A stretch of 64,000 bases of DNA. Origin: Octopus vulgaris. Its lineage: Eukaryota. Shown here one piece after another: positions 1 through 13,890 of this stretch. Both the position numbers and the translations under genes were made by a program. The notes under the pieces were generated by a model. The model saw nothing but the letters and a program-made list of their open reading frames with translations, searched no databases and was not told where the DNA came from. Within the stretch, counting starts at the first letter, position 1. Each line of letters opens with the position of its first letter. The stretch is from NCBI GenBank assembly GCA_951406725.2, contig OX597829.1, positions 29,388,001 to 29,452,000 of the forward strand. Reading direction: 5' to 3'.

Positions 1-1929
1 TTTAAAACTATCAGAGAACCTGTGAAGTTCATTGCTGGGATTTACCCACAGTGATTTTTAAAATGTAAAAGATAATTTATTTTATTAGCATATTTTTCTG
101 TTAATAAATACGTTTTTTTTTAACACAAACATGGCCTTGCTTGGTTTGGTGGTGGGAGGGAGTGTGTATGTGTGTGTGTGTTAAAAAACTGAACTTATAA
201 ATTTTTTTGTTGTTTTTTAAATCCCAGCAATGGATCACTCTTGTTACTTCTGCATCCTTATTCCCTAAAATGTGTTTATGGGGAGAAAAATATTGAAAAA
301 CACCAATACATGTCAGAGTGACAAAGAAACAAGGAAGGTGGTCATGGGATGTGCTAGAAACAACAGTCAAATCCCTCATAAATCATACCTTTCCATCTGA
401 AAATATTTTACAATTTTCTTTTTGTTTTTATTACTGAAAAGGCTTTAAAAAAAGAGAAAAAAAAAATTCCTGTCAAAACAGAAAATCCAACTTATATGAT
501 CATCCTGGTCTGAAATTCCACTTATATGTACATACACACATGCATACATCTACTTATCTATATATCACCATAATTTAGTATACATTGTCCATGCTGGAAA
601 AGGTTGGACAGTTTGACCAGGGCTGGTAAACTGAAGGGCTGCACCAGACCCTAGCTTGATTTGGCATGGTTTCTATGGCTGGATGCCCTTCCTAATACCA
701 ACCACCCAAGAGTGTAATGGGTGCTTTTATGTGCAGACTATCTATCTCTTTATAAATATATAGACACATATAATAAATACATACATATACATTTGTATCA
801 TCATCATTTAACAGCCACTTTCCATGCTGGCATGGGTTAGACAGTTTGACAGGATCCAGTGTTTTCTATAGTTGGATGCTCTTCCTAACGCTAATCATTT
901 TACACAGGTATGTGTTTTTTTTTTTTTTAATATTTTTGTGCCAGTGGCACTAGTGAGATTGCCAGGTAATTGCAAGACAGAAGAGCAGAGAGGAAAAGGG
1001 AAAAGCACCCACTACTAAATGGAGAGTATTAGAGATGGCTTTATGCTGGATGTTGGAAGGTTTAAGTAAGATAAAAACACAAACACAGGTGTCTAGTTAT
1101 AAAAAGGAGACATGGTCAAACCCTATCATATATTAGAGGTGAGTGGGTGCAGTTGAGAAAAGAAATAAGGAAGGTAGTGATTGAGTGCCAGAGTAAGCTC
1201 TCAAGATACAAGAAGGTGAGTATAAGAGAGGATGTGGACAGTGGATCACGTGAGAGGAGGGAAGAGTGGATGCTTTCATAGAATGTAAGTGTGGAGGAGT
1301 GGATGGTGAGAAATGGAGGTGGAGGTGAATGTTGTGAGTGACGAATAAGGGTGGAAGTGCAGTTGAGTGAAGTACCAGAATAGAGAGATGTAAGGCGAGA
1401 GATATAGGAGTGGCTCAAGGAAACGGATAAGTCAGAGAGTAGCAGAATGATGTGCATGGTATAGGAGTGGTGGAGAGGGAGATATAGAGGTATATAAGGG
1501 AGCTGTATAAAATGGGACAGGATGGTAGATATAAGCAATGTTAAGAATGGAGTATAGTAGAAGGGAGGAGATGTAATATGTGCCAATTCAGCTCTTAGGC
1601 TATTGCAGCAGCTGAGAAGTATCATAGACAGAGTAGAGGTAGATGTTAGAAGAGGAGAACAGGAGGAAATGCTTGATGGAACAGAGAGTATGTTGCAGTC
1701 CTTGTATCCATCTGATCCTGTCAAACTGTCCAACCCATGCCAGCATGGGATGTTGATGATGGTGGTGGTGGTGTGTGTGTGTGTGTGCGCATGCATATAG
1801 AATGAGCTTTTTTATTCAATGGAAGTATAATTGCAATTCTAGCAAATATACATTCAGAACATCATCCACCACAGCTAATTTAGTTACCTAGGTTAAAAAA
1901 AAAAAACTATGTACAATCTTGAGGGAGCC

Positions 1930-2350
1930 TCCTGGGCATTATATTTGGCTTAGGATGAAGCAGAGAGGAAGAAATTTTCATGCATCTTGCAACATGAGGA
2001 TCAGAGGTGTGAAATGTACTGGACTGCAAGTCAGTATGTGAGAGAACCAAGATGTAATTGGTGAGAAGTGTATTTGAATGATGAAGACATATACACCATT
2101 GATATGGAAGACAAGAAAGTGGCATAGAAATGCTTGTGAGAGAGGCCATTGCAAGTGGAGAACACATAGTGAGAAACCAAAGAGTGATCAACAATTTAAG
2201 ACAACAGCATGAAAGACAGTAAGTGAAGTAAGAGTCAACTATGACTTCAGTGATGAATTAAGCGTAAAAGTTAAAGTCCACAAAAACTCAACCCTCATTC
2301 CCCTCCTCTTCATTATAGTCCTATAGGACATCACAGAAGACTTTAAGACT
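1930..2350 (+). mobile_element. Decayed RTE LINE fragment
   Basis: Similar to 15800-15930 (gatgaattaagcgtaaaagtt...cccctcctcttcattatagtcct). Confidence 0.6.
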
Positions 2351-2867
2351 GACAGGGTCCTTGAGCAAGACATTTTATTTCACATTTTCTCCAGTCTACT
2401 CAGCTGGAAAAAATGAGCAGTACCTGTGTTTCCAAGAGCAAGCCGTGTCGCATTCTGTGTCAGGCTGACTCTCCTTGAAAACAATGTTAAATGTATGCAT
2501 GTCTGTGGAGTACTCAGCCACTTGCACATTAAAGTTCACAAGCCAGATGTCCTAGTGACTGGATCAACTGGAATATTTGTTTTTAGGGTACCCCTAATAT
2601 ACATATGTAATGTACATATAGATATACATTAATGCTTATAGAATTATATATAAAAACAGAATGATATAAGGAGAGAGAAAGAGAGAGGGACAGGCATGTA
2701 TTTTTTATAGTTTAGTAAATTATATTCAGTGGCAAATTTTTACACATGAAAAGCATGTTAGTATTGTGACAGTGCAATGGCAATGAAGTGTAAAAGAGTG
2801 ATCAGACAGATTTTGACAATAGAAATAGAAAGCAAAAGTTATTTTACACACACACACGCATTCTTTT

Positions 2868-3265
2868 ATTCTTTTACTTGTTTCAGTCATTTGACTGTGG
2901 CCATGCTGGAGAACTATCATGAAGGGTCAAGCCCCCCAGGACTTATTCTTTGTAAGCCTAGTATTTATTCTATCAGTCTTTTATGCAGAACTGCTAAGTT
3001 ACAGGGATGTAAACACACCAATATTGGCTATCAAGCAATAGTGGGGAGGGGGACAAACAGACACAAACACTCAAATATATATATATATATGCACATACAC
3101 AAAAGACAAGCTTCTTGTAGTTTCTGTCTACCAAATCCATTCACAAATCTTTGGTTGACCTGAGGCTATAGAAGAAGACACTTGCCCAAGGTGCCACACA
3201 GTGAGACTGAACCTGGAGCGATGTAGTTGGGAAGTAATCTTTGTACTACACAACTACACCTGCAC
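2868..3265 (-). mobile_element. Same SINE family, older copy
   Basis: ttttacttgtttcagtcatttgactgtggccatgctgg...cttgcccaaggtgccac. Further fragments at ~9390, ~10370, ~26820, ~31010, ~48930 and ~50275. Confidence 0.8.
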
Positions 3266-4539
3266 CTTTTATATACATATAAAATCATCATCGCTTATAG
3301 GTCAGATAGAATTTGCTGAACCAGATCTTCTATGTGTGACTGCCCTTCCTGTCACCAACTGTTTTCATGCAATTTAATTTTTCTCCAAAGCCAGAAAATG
3401 GAAATGGGCAACACCATTTGATGCCAAAGCTCATTTTACAACTGTCATGCAATAATCAAGACAATAAGATACAAACATCCCACCACACACACGATAGGTG
3501 AACATTAACCCAAAACTGTATGGCTGGGAAGTGAAATGTTTAACCACACAGTCATGCCTGCCTGGAGGGGTAGGGGGGGGGAGAGAGAGAGAGCAAGAGA
3601 GTGAGTGTATTCTAGAATCAGAGATTAGAAAAATATAATAGTTTTGGCTATCTCATGAAGGAATATTTGCAAAGAAAGAGAGAGGATGACTAAGAAAAAA
3701 TATCAAGTTTCACTGTATACATAACAATCAAGTTTATTCTAAGACTTGTTTTTCTCACACTGATAAAGGTTTGCAAGCCTACAAATTAATTTCAACAAAA
3801 CATTTCATCTGTGAACCCTAACACTTAAATTTGATCTCAATCCTCCTCCTCCTACTTCTACAACAACAACCACTGTCAAAATCTTTAATATACACATTCA
3901 ACCATCAGCTCAAAGTCATTTTTACCTACAGCATGCACGCATATGTTCTATATCATCATCATCATCATCATCACCAACATTCCCATCTCTACTATCATCA
4001 TGGTCTACATTAGAAGAGCATATCTTGCTGTGCATTCCACACAGACGGTTAATTAATGCCTCTGGCACTCCACAAATTAGCATTGTTCATTTGATAGATG
4101 AAGTAGATGAGGAGATCCAGTAGAATCAACAAACTATGATGAAGGAAAAAATTGCGAAGTATTTTGTGTGTATTTTAATTAATTTGTTTTGCTTATTCAT
4201 GAAGCCAGAAGCCCCATGACACTAAATTTGATTGTATACAATAAGCTCATCATTACACAGGATGTGACAAATAAAAACCCCACATTTACCACATGAAGAT
4301 ACCATTACCACCTGCATAATTTTACTTGTGCAACATTAATGGCCTATGTTTCACTGCCATGTAGGGAAGCTGTCTGTACTCACACATCATACAATCTGCC
4401 TTTCACTCTGAGGGAAAGGCAATAAACTTTGCCCAGCCCGTTCTTATTCTAGCAACTACATTTTCAAAATATTCTCTTCCACTACTAACTTGGTTGCCTA
4501 GGTAACAAAAGATATCTACCACTTCTAATGTCAATAAGT

Positions 4540-4724
4540 CAGGGTTTCCCAACCAGGTGTGCGAGATACCATTTCCAGGTAGTGTGAGCAAGGCCAGATT
4601 TATAGAGTCAAAGAGGGCAATTGCTCCGGGCACCTTTATTCTTATATAAATTATTACTTTAAGGGGTGCAATAACATTAAAAGTTTTCAGGGGTGCAGGG
4701 TATAAAAAAGGTTGGGAACCACTG
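4540..4724. mobile_element. hAT-type MITE
   Basis: TIRs CAGGGTTTCCCAACC / GGTTGGGAACCACTG and 8-bp TSD CAATAAGT / CACTAAGT. Adjoins a minus-strand RTE fragment. Confidence 0.85.
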
Positions 4725-5508
4725 CACTAAGTTATAGGAACATAAACAAGCCAACACTGGTTGGGTTGTCAAGCAGTGGCAGGGGACAAACTCAAAGATA
4801 CATGCATATATACAATGCACTTCTGCATAGTTTGTCAACCAAATTTACTCAGAAGGCATTGATTGGTTTGGGGTTATGGTACAAGACACTTGTTCTAGGT
4901 GTCATGAAGTGGGACTGAACCTAATACCATGTGGTTGCAAAAGAAGTTTCTTAAATACAAAGCCATGCCTAGTTAACTATTTTGATAAACGGTGCCAGTT
5001 ATTCTGTTATCCAATCATATTTATGTATAGGATTTTCTAAAATTGTCCTCTAAAGAGAGGAGTGCCTTTTATTCACGTATTTCTGAGGTTGGTGGAAGAT
5101 ACCCTCAAACTAGAGACTTGAGCTAAATGCTTGCAATAAAGCAAATTCCATTGAAGGCACCTAAAGTTCTAGGTGGTGATGTTAAACCAAGCAAAGGATT
5201 AAATCTAACAACCAAGAACTTAAATGCAAATAACTAAAACAAATACCACAATTCACTTCATTTGAAGCTCTGATAATCTCATCAACTCCTCACCTTGGAT
5301 TGATACTTAATTTTACAGACCCCAGAACAATAAAAGTCTTTGGTGAGATTTGAATTCAGAATACAAAGAACCAGAACAGATACTGCAATGCATATTTTCC
5401 TATGCCCTAAAGTCATGCGTCATTCTCAAGAAGATAAAACAAGCATTGAGTAAACTTGTGTCTAGTGACCAGGAACTTCAGAAAATGAAACAAAAATTAG
5501 GTTTTTAC

Positions 5509-5594
5509 CTTTCTAAGGTTAGGATGTGCTTCTGTTTCTCCAGTCAGTAGATTCACAGTCTCATGGAATTTTCTTTTCTTGTATTTATTTAATT
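5509..5594 (-). CDS. CLPTM1: CLPTM1 coding exon 5 (KLNKYKKRKFHETVNLLTGETEAHPNLRK)
   Basis: Translated by hand. Acceptor ttttttccag|AA, donor AAG|gtaaaa, 86 nt, phase 1-0. Contains the NKYK.R.F..T.NLLTGETEA.P motif. No further exon was recognised in 1-5508. Confidence 0.96.
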
Positions 5595-6579
5595 CTGGAA
5601 AAAAACAAAAAACAAAATCAGTATACTGCTGGCATTATTTGTTTGTTTCCTGTCCCCCTTTCAAAGAAGAACATGTTAACCAGCTAAAAGGACATGTATA
5701 TACATTAGATGTCATAAATTCACTAACACATTGATTATTATAAGAGTGTGATTGTGTGGTTAGGAAGCTTGCTTACTGTATAACACTTTAGCTCCAGGTT
5801 GACCAAAGCCTTCCGAGTGGATTTGGTAGATGGAAACTGAAAGAAACCTGTCATGTGTATGTGTACCCTTGCCTAGACATCATGTAATGGTTGTAAACCT
5901 GCATAATTGTCATATAAGTGATGCTGTCTGTTTCCAGTCTTCCTCAAAAATATCAACTCTGCTAGGAAACAGGTGAGGGTTGGTAATGGGAAAGTATCTG
6001 GCTGTAGAAAATCTGCCTCTGAATTCCATCTGAACCCATATAAGCATGGATAAGTGGATGTTAAACAAGCCCAAATACGATGACACACACACACAAAAAA
6101 AAAATCTCAAGACAGTATGAAAATATGAAAGCCATACAAACAATGAAATCACCATAAAGACAACTGTTTGTATAAACCAACAAATCAGAAACCCTACATC
6201 AAAATCAAACAAGGTGTCAACATTTTCCTTAGTCACATATACACATACACACATGATGAGGAGGACACACACATATATAACACCATTCAAATTATAGTAA
6301 CAGATGTGTTAAAATGTAGACAAAATACTTTACTCTGTATTTAAATATATCAACAAATATAACAATTATTATTATTTCAAATCTTACATACACTACACTT
6401 TTTATATGCCATTATCATACAATCACAGACAACACCAACAACATTATAATAATCGTCAAGTCTCAGACAAAATACATTTCTTTGACTGCCTCTCTTGTAC
6501 ACACAAACAGCTACATATAATAAGCTATCAATATTATTATGGTTAAGAATTAGCCTTAGACATGACACATTAAAGCATA

Positions 6580-7072
6580 TCTATATATATAAAACTGTAG
6601 TTGTGTGAGTGTCTGTCCCCTTCGATTTAGATTCCTAACTACTCCCACATTTTGCGGTGCAGTTTAACCAAATTCGGGTATCTTATAGTTGTGATTCATA
6701 TCGAGCCCGTCTGAGTATTAGCGCGCGTCTACGATGAGTCTACGATTTTAAAAATAATTTAACATCATTTTTTATTCCATTTTAATGCATAATTTTTCGT
6801 GTGTCGATGGCGGCGGAGTTGGCGTCCATGGTCACACCTGCACCCGTTTGCTTCTCCCCCTTCTTCCCTCCCTCGTGAAGCTGTGGGGAAGGGAGTAAGG
6901 GAGTGTAAGGAAATCAACGTCGTAAAGCGTTCTTTTAGAACAATGACTTCATGGCTTGAAGATACCAAAACAGAAATGGCTAAGAAAGCCCGAATTGGCA
7001 TCTATAAGGGAAGTAACTCTCTAAAAATGCTTATATAGTTATTTCCCTTACAAACCCGAGCAATACTGCTAG
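6580..7072 (+). mobile_element. Non-autonomous Helitron
   Basis: Starts A|TCTATATATATAAAA and ends CTAG|T, with no TSD. CpG-rich relative to the flanks, suggesting a young insertion. The subterminal hairpin looks partly deleted. Confidence 0.75.
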
Positions 7073-8108
7073 TATAATATAAACTTCAAAATTATTAGTA
7101 TAATGATATCAGAAAGGAGGTAACTATTTTGCTCCACAAATTAAGTTAACTTGATTAAACAATATCCAAAACTGTAGATAGAGCTAAAAAGAATAAATGT
7201 AAGACACATAATTATAGTATCTTGCTTGTTGGTGTGGTAATAACTCTCCATTTTAAAGTGATCTAAATTAAAGCTTCATATGTTCCAAATACCAGTTTAA
7301 TAATGACAAAATTATTTTCCTAATTCTTCATTATTTTCAAAACTAACGCAAAGGAAGTATATTTTCAGAGAAATGTAATAATCAAAAGGTTGAACTTTAC
7401 ATACGGGGAAGGCATATGGCCCAGTGTCTAGATTATTGAATTCTCAATCATATGGTCATTGGTTTTATTGGTGGTCTGGGAGGTACATTGTATCTTTGAG
7501 CAAGGGATTTTACTTCATATTGCTTAATGAAAAAGTACTGTTAGTGTCAAGATAATTTAGTAGCATTAACAAATCAGTAGTACAAACAAAACTCTTCAGG
7601 CATGAAGAGCTATGTATCCAACCATGAACTCATAAATCCCATTTTTACCCTTTCACACTAACCCCAAAATCTTTCCAACTAATCATCAAAACAAGACTCA
7701 AAAACTGAAAACTGTCATGTAATGAACCAAAATGAAAACTTAATAAATCATATTTTATCAGGACCTTACTAAGTGTATTAGGTATTTTCAAAGAAACAAG
7801 AAAGAAGCTAGCTAAATGTCTAATAGAGAAAATCAGTAAAGTCACCCATTCTTTTGTAGAAAACATTAAATTATCTCTTGAGATATGCTGACACACTGAA
7901 GGAGACCAGATTTGTTTTGTTATCATCAGTGATGATAAAGCAAAGACAGAACCTAATTTATGCACTGGGTTCAATCATAAAACAAACATCATTAACCCAT
8001 TAGCATTTAAAACAGCCACCATCTTAAACTAGGAAATGATACACACACACACATGCACCAATGCCTTGTGAGTGAATTTGGTAGAGAGAAAGAAGCACAT
8101 TGTGTGTA

Positions 8109-8148
<40 letters not shown>

Positions 8149-8808
8149 ATGAAATGGGTTATTTCCCTTGAATATCTAAAAAACTATTGTGCAGGTGCTA
8201 TGGGTTATTTCCCTTGCATGTTATATGAGGTAGATATAAAGGTCCTTTCCAGGGGATGTATTATCGATTTTTTCAACAATCTAAGTATGCCATGAGGTTT
8301 CCAGACATGAATTCTACTCACGTGTCAAGTTTCATCAAAATCAATAAAACACCACAAACAAACACACACCGATTTTCTACATATGTAGTAGATATATATA
8401 TATATATCATCATCATCGTTTAACATTCACTTTCCATGCTAGCATGGGTTGGACGACTTTGACTGACGGCTGGCAAACCAGATGGCTGCACCAGGCTTCA
8501 ATCTTGATTTGGCAGAGTTTCTACAGCTGGATGCCCTTCCTAACACCAACCACTCCAAGGGTGTAGTGGGTGCTTTTTACATGCCACAGGCACAGAGGTT
8601 AGTCAGGTGGTACTGGCAATGACATATATGTGTGTGTGTATGTATGTATAATTGTGTGTATATTTTGTTTAGACCCCTCCACCACTTGACAATTAGAGTT
8701 GGTTTGTTTCTGTCTTTATAACTTAGCAGTTCAGCAAAAAGACGCCTATAAAATAAGTATCAAGCTTAGGAAAAAAAATGCACTTGGTGTCAATTTGTGT
8801 GACTAAAC

Positions 8809-9087
8809 CAGGGGTTCTCAACTGGAGTCCATGTGTGTAATACAGTAAGTTGAGAGGTAAATTTTCAAGGGCCATGAAAAAAATTGTACTACAGACCAGT
8901 AAAGTTTATGTGAAATAAATTGGTTTTACATCCACAATGCACAAAATATTTTAACAATTAGTTTTATACAATATTTGATTATAAAAACACAATAGGATTT
9001 TTTTAAACATTGAATGGCTATGGGGGTCCACCCAAGCAAAACATGAATCAAAGTGGTCCATAGCCAAAATACGGTTGAGAACCCATG
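8809..9087. mobile_element. hAT-type MITE nested in a SINE
   Basis: TIRs CAGGGGTTCTCAAC / GTTGAGAACCCATG and TSD-like GACTAAAC / GCTAAAC. SINE sequence resumes on both sides. Confidence 0.8.
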
Positions 9088-9686
9088 GCTAAACCCTTCA
9101 AAGCAGTGCTCCAGCATAGCCACAGTCTAATGACTGAAATAAGTAAAAGATAAAAGAAGATACACATATAAGCACTTATTTAAAAATTCAACCCATTCAC
9201 TATCAATATTGTTCCATGAGGGCACAGCATGAACGAGACTTATTGAGTTAATCTCTGATGGTCATAAGTCCCTCCTGTTATCAACTCTTACTTGTTATTC
9301 ATGTCGGGTGTTTTTCTTCCAAATTATAAAACAGTCAAACTACAGGATATATTGTTAGAGGAGACATAAACATACACAAGCACACACAAGATGGGCTTCC
9401 AAACTGTTTCCACCTACCATACCAACTCACAAAGCTTTGGTTGGCTTGGAGCTATAGTAGAAGACACTTGCTCAAAGTACTGCACAGTGGGACAGTTATT
9501 AGTAGAAATAACAGTACTAGCTACTGTGGTTTCAGATATGATCAAAACAGAGTAGGCCCACTGGGGCAAATGTTAAAAATGATAATGAAGAGCATAGAAA
9601 CATTTAAGACTTTAATTGACATCAAAGAATTAGTGTTAAAATTGGAATTAGAAAAAAAAAATTTTTATTTGAAAATGTAGACTTAC

Positions 9687-9798
9687 TTCTTGAAGAATAG
9701 GCACGCATACTTTGTGCATACTCATCTTTAGAGTTTGGAGGGTAACCAGATTTTGTGAAGTACACATGTATATATATGGAGCCATTGCTTAATACTGC
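9687..9798 (-). CDS. CLPTM1: CLPTM1 coding exon 4 (AVLSNGSIYIHVYFTKSGYPPNSKDEYAQSMRAYSSR)
   Basis: Not in the ORF track; translated by hand. Acceptor (tc)n-ag|GCA, donor GAA|gtaagt, 112 nt, phase 0-1. NGSIYIHVYFTKSG is a CLPTM1 signature. Confidence 0.96.
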
Positions 9799-12230
9799 CT
9801 GAGAGAGAGAGAGAGAGATAAAGAAAATATATAAATATTACAGTGTATTAACATGGAGAGTAAAATATATTGTGAAACAAAGCATTTGCATTGCACAACT
9901 AGTTTGAGGAATGTATGCACGAATACATGTTAGTATAACTAAGTCAATTATTTAGCCACAGGTCAACTCATATCAGGTAGCCCTAAGTAACTATGTGTTC
10001 AAATGGATGGTAGATACATATGGTTAAAGATTATCAGAGAATTACTTACATCTAATGTGACAAAGTGATAGATGCTTGGTGAAAAGGTATGTGTTGTAAA
10101 GGAGCTAAGAACAAACAGACATATAAGAGTTGGGAACAGTATGGTCAAATGGAAAAGAGGAAATAATCTGGATGCTCAGAGCGATGTCGTGTGGCAAACT
10201 AGTTTGATACCAGCCAAGATTATAAAACAAAATATTTAATCAATGATGATATTCTTTTCTGAAATGGCAGACAGTTTTATGGTATAATAAAAATTACTGA
10301 GATTAAAGGAATTGGATGATTTAGTTAACTGCCATGGCATTTGAAGACTATTCTTTAATCTTCTACTTGTTACAGCCATTTGACTGTGGCCATGCTGGAG
10401 CACCACCTGATGGGTTTTAGTTGAGAAAATTGACCCCCAGGACTTATTTTTTAAAGCCTTATACTGATTCTATTGGTCTATTTTTTACTGTAACTAAGTT
10501 ACAGGGGACATAAAAACACATATATATGGCAGGCTTATTTCAGTTTCCACCCACTCACAAGGTTTTGGTCAGTCTGAGGCTATAATAGCCAGTTATAATG
10601 AAATCGAAATAAATTAATTTCAGCAATGAATAGATATTTTAAGTGCATCTTCAACATGTATTCTTGAAGGATTAGCAGGGGTGTTAGCATTAGTCTTATC
10701 AGTTTTCCTAATTTTCCTTTACTTCAGCATCAAGATTAGTTACACATTCATGGTAATGACATAAATTTCTTGCAATTATATAGTAAAATTATTTGCCTGC
10801 CCAATTGTGATGGCCATGCATCTTCTTTGTTTCTTTTCTAAGGAGAAAGGAAGAATTAACACAATAACATGGCATGAAATGAAGTAGCTAAGAATTCTAA
10901 ACTATTCCGGCAACGGAATTACTAAGTGAAAATAAGGCTGTGGATCATTTGAAAAGACTGACAATGAAACAAATCCATCGGGACAAAATTTTTGATACAG
11001 AATGCATAGTGTTCATTTCCTGTCGTCTGTGAAAAATATGTCTAGCCTTGGGAAATATTATCTCACTCGGTAACAGCATCTGATCATAGAAAATTTGCCT
11101 CAGCTAATTGTCTGACCCATGCAAGCTTGGAAAAAATGTTAAACAATGATAACAGAGTGAAAAACACCCTTATGAGGTAAAAAGTTGCTATTTAGCCCCA
11201 AATCAGACTGATGATCAAAGGTGCTCAAATTTAATAACCATGTTTTCTTTTATTTTTTCAAGAACAGGGTACCTCAAAGTAGTGGATTGGCAGAGCTATG
11301 GTATTAAGTGATAACCCTTCAAGTTCTAAATTCAAATACCTTTCAGCCTGGATGTGAATAGAATTACAATAGATTAAGAGGAACCAATGTACTCTTTTAT
11401 TTCTTAAACATGGCAGGGTTAGAGTCGAGGAAGATTTAGCTGCTATTTCTAATAATCTGGACAATCAAATAGATGTTGCCTTGTTAAGTTAGCGAAGTAA
11501 GGAGTTGGTATTATTTGTTGGTTTAAACTAAAGCTTATAGCTGCTTTGAGCTAAAAGTAATATAAAAATGCTCCTTCCATAAAGTTTATCCTATAGAGCA
11601 AATGTAGTTTGGGAAAGTGCAAAAAGTATGTGAAACAGGAAAATTATGAAAATAGCTCAAAATTTTAACCTTTTCAATACTACCTATCTGAGACCACTCA
11701 TTATTTTATGATATAAACTTATATCAAAGTCACTTAAATTTAAGCCTATCAAAATTTCATTTTAATACAGAAGTAATTTGCTAAATTCTTCAGAATGTTC
11801 AAAATAATTGAAACAAAGGAAGTGAGAAATACTTTAGCAAAAGAGTTAAAAAATTCATTGGATGAGGAATGTCAATGAGGTGAAGAACTACTCTTGTCAG
11901 AACCAAGAAGACACCAGATGTTGAAATTAGCTTCAATAAGATTAGTGAGTTAACTGAAAAAATATAAAGACTGCAAGCCAATCAGCAGTAATTGCTTAAG
12001 TGTTGAAGATATCAGATTATATAAGCCATGTTAATGACTGGCTAATTAATTAAATACTATGGAAAGGTGTTATACCCAACAACTAGTTTATTAAGGGCAA
12101 AAGTGATGCAGAAGAGTGGGACAGTTAGGGAGGTATTCACACTGAGAAACTAAACCTTGAAATGATTTGATAGAATCTGGGTTTGTGGCAAGAAGGAGAC
12201 CCATACATCATATATTTCTAGAGAAGGTAA

Positions 12231-12993
12231 TGTTACAAGTGTCACACTATGTTGTTTGAGAACTCCATTAGTAGAAGAATGGTTTGGGAAAGAAGTCCTA
12301 AAGAATGATGTAAGGAAAGTTAGGGTTAGCTGTAAGCTCAGGATCTAGTGAACACCAAAGTTCTATTTTCAGAGTATTTCTATTCTTTAAAGTTCTTGAA
12401 AAGTGGAGTGAGATAATCTGCAGATTGACAGAAATCTGTAGTGACGTCATTTTCCAGTGTGCGCACACGCAACATCATTCTTCAGTGTGCGTGTGCGGAA
12501 CGTCATTCTTCAGTGTGCGTGTGCGGGGCTGGAACCTTCTGGAAAGGCCTAAGGAAGTTCCCTCATGCACATGCGCTAGAGACTGGGGAAGAAAATTCTA
12601 TCGCGTTCCTTGTTAGCGTCGAGGACTTGAGACATGGCTATTAAAGAGAAAGGACGTGTTAAACATGTGATCAGCCATTCTCCAGACGCTTGGGATTTGA
12701 CCTGCTCTGTTGCTGCTGAATTTGTTGTAAGAATCTTACAAATGTTAAAATTCAGCCTTGCTATATCGAACCAAGTGGATGCCAAAACCAACGTACTTCT
12801 TTTGTAAATAAGAAAATAAAGAGATATATATATTTTTAAGGTTGCGTTCTTGTTCCTGACTGGTAGTTTCTGGAAATTAAAGAAAGGAAATTGGTTGCAC
12901 CCAAACAGTGTAAAGAATTAACCAGTTCCATTACAAATCCAACACTTGAAAATTCAAACTGGTTGATTAGATTTTATTGCTAGTTTTGTTACA
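12231..12993 (+). mobile_element. Solo-LTR-like element
   Basis: TGTTACAA...TTGTTACA ends, an internal 3x28-bp repeat, TGACGTCA, TATA-like CTATTAAAG at ~12638 and AATAAA at ~12815. CpG-rich. No clean TSD, so ends are uncertain. Confidence 0.5.
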
Positions 12994-13599
12994 CAGGTGA
13001 TTTATTTTAGCATTGAAAGTGGACGCTGAGAAAGTATAATTGTAAGGAAGGATTGAAAGAAGTTTAGGGAGCTTCTTCGAATAATAAGGAGAGTCTTCTG
13101 TAAAAGGGATACTGGAAGAGAAATAGACACTAAATGTGGAAGATGTGAGATTATTACACACATAATGTTAAGTGCAAGACAACTGGAAATCAGCAGATAT
13201 ATGAAACATAAGATGTAAATGAGACAGGGTATGGAATGTAGAGGATCAACTGTGGTTGCAGAAAAATGATGTTCATATGATTGATCATATATCTGTGTAC
13301 ATACACACATATGTGTATATATAAAAAAGACAATGTATGCATATACATGCAAACACACACTGCTAATTTACATAATGGAGGATCTCAAGTGAGACATGTA
13401 TTGAATATGAGAGATCTGTGAGGCAGAGAGAAATGAAGTGTGAGTGTGTGGACACCACAGAAGATAGTAGATGAATTGCTACTGAGAGCTGTTCAAGCAT
13501 GTACAGAAGTGCTGTCATTAAGGAGACAGTGATGAGTAGAGTAATGAATTTAGTGTGCAGGTAGGAGATTGCAAGGGAACAGTTATTAGCTCTCACTAA

Positions 13600-13890
13600 T
13601 TTATTATATTCCTCCAAGCCATAATAGAGGAATTCCATGGGATGCTGATTATCTTGTTCTTATAGCAGAATTAGAAATGGACTTCCAGATGCGGAAGCAA
13701 AACTTGGAATCAAAAGGTCCTAAAGTTAACTTAGCAACCACTGAAGTTCTAATAAGCAGGAAAACACACTAGACACTCATCCAGTTAGGTAAATGGCCCT
13801 GTATGGCATGTAGATGTGTTGGTAGAAATTCCATAAGGTATACTCTGTGCAAAATATGGACACACAAGCGGTGTAGTAGAATCACAAGAT
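13600..13890 (+). mobile_element. Decayed RTE LINE fragment
   Basis: gctgattatcttgttcttatagcagaa...ggtaaatggccctgt is homologous to 15950-16200. Confidence 0.7.

Noticed and set aside
1116-1796. 226-aa S/L/H/T-rich ORF
   Set aside because: Antisense of a low-complexity purine-rich tract between repeat tails. Similar tracts occur at ~27540-28100 and ~41260-41810, and no protein motif is recognisable.
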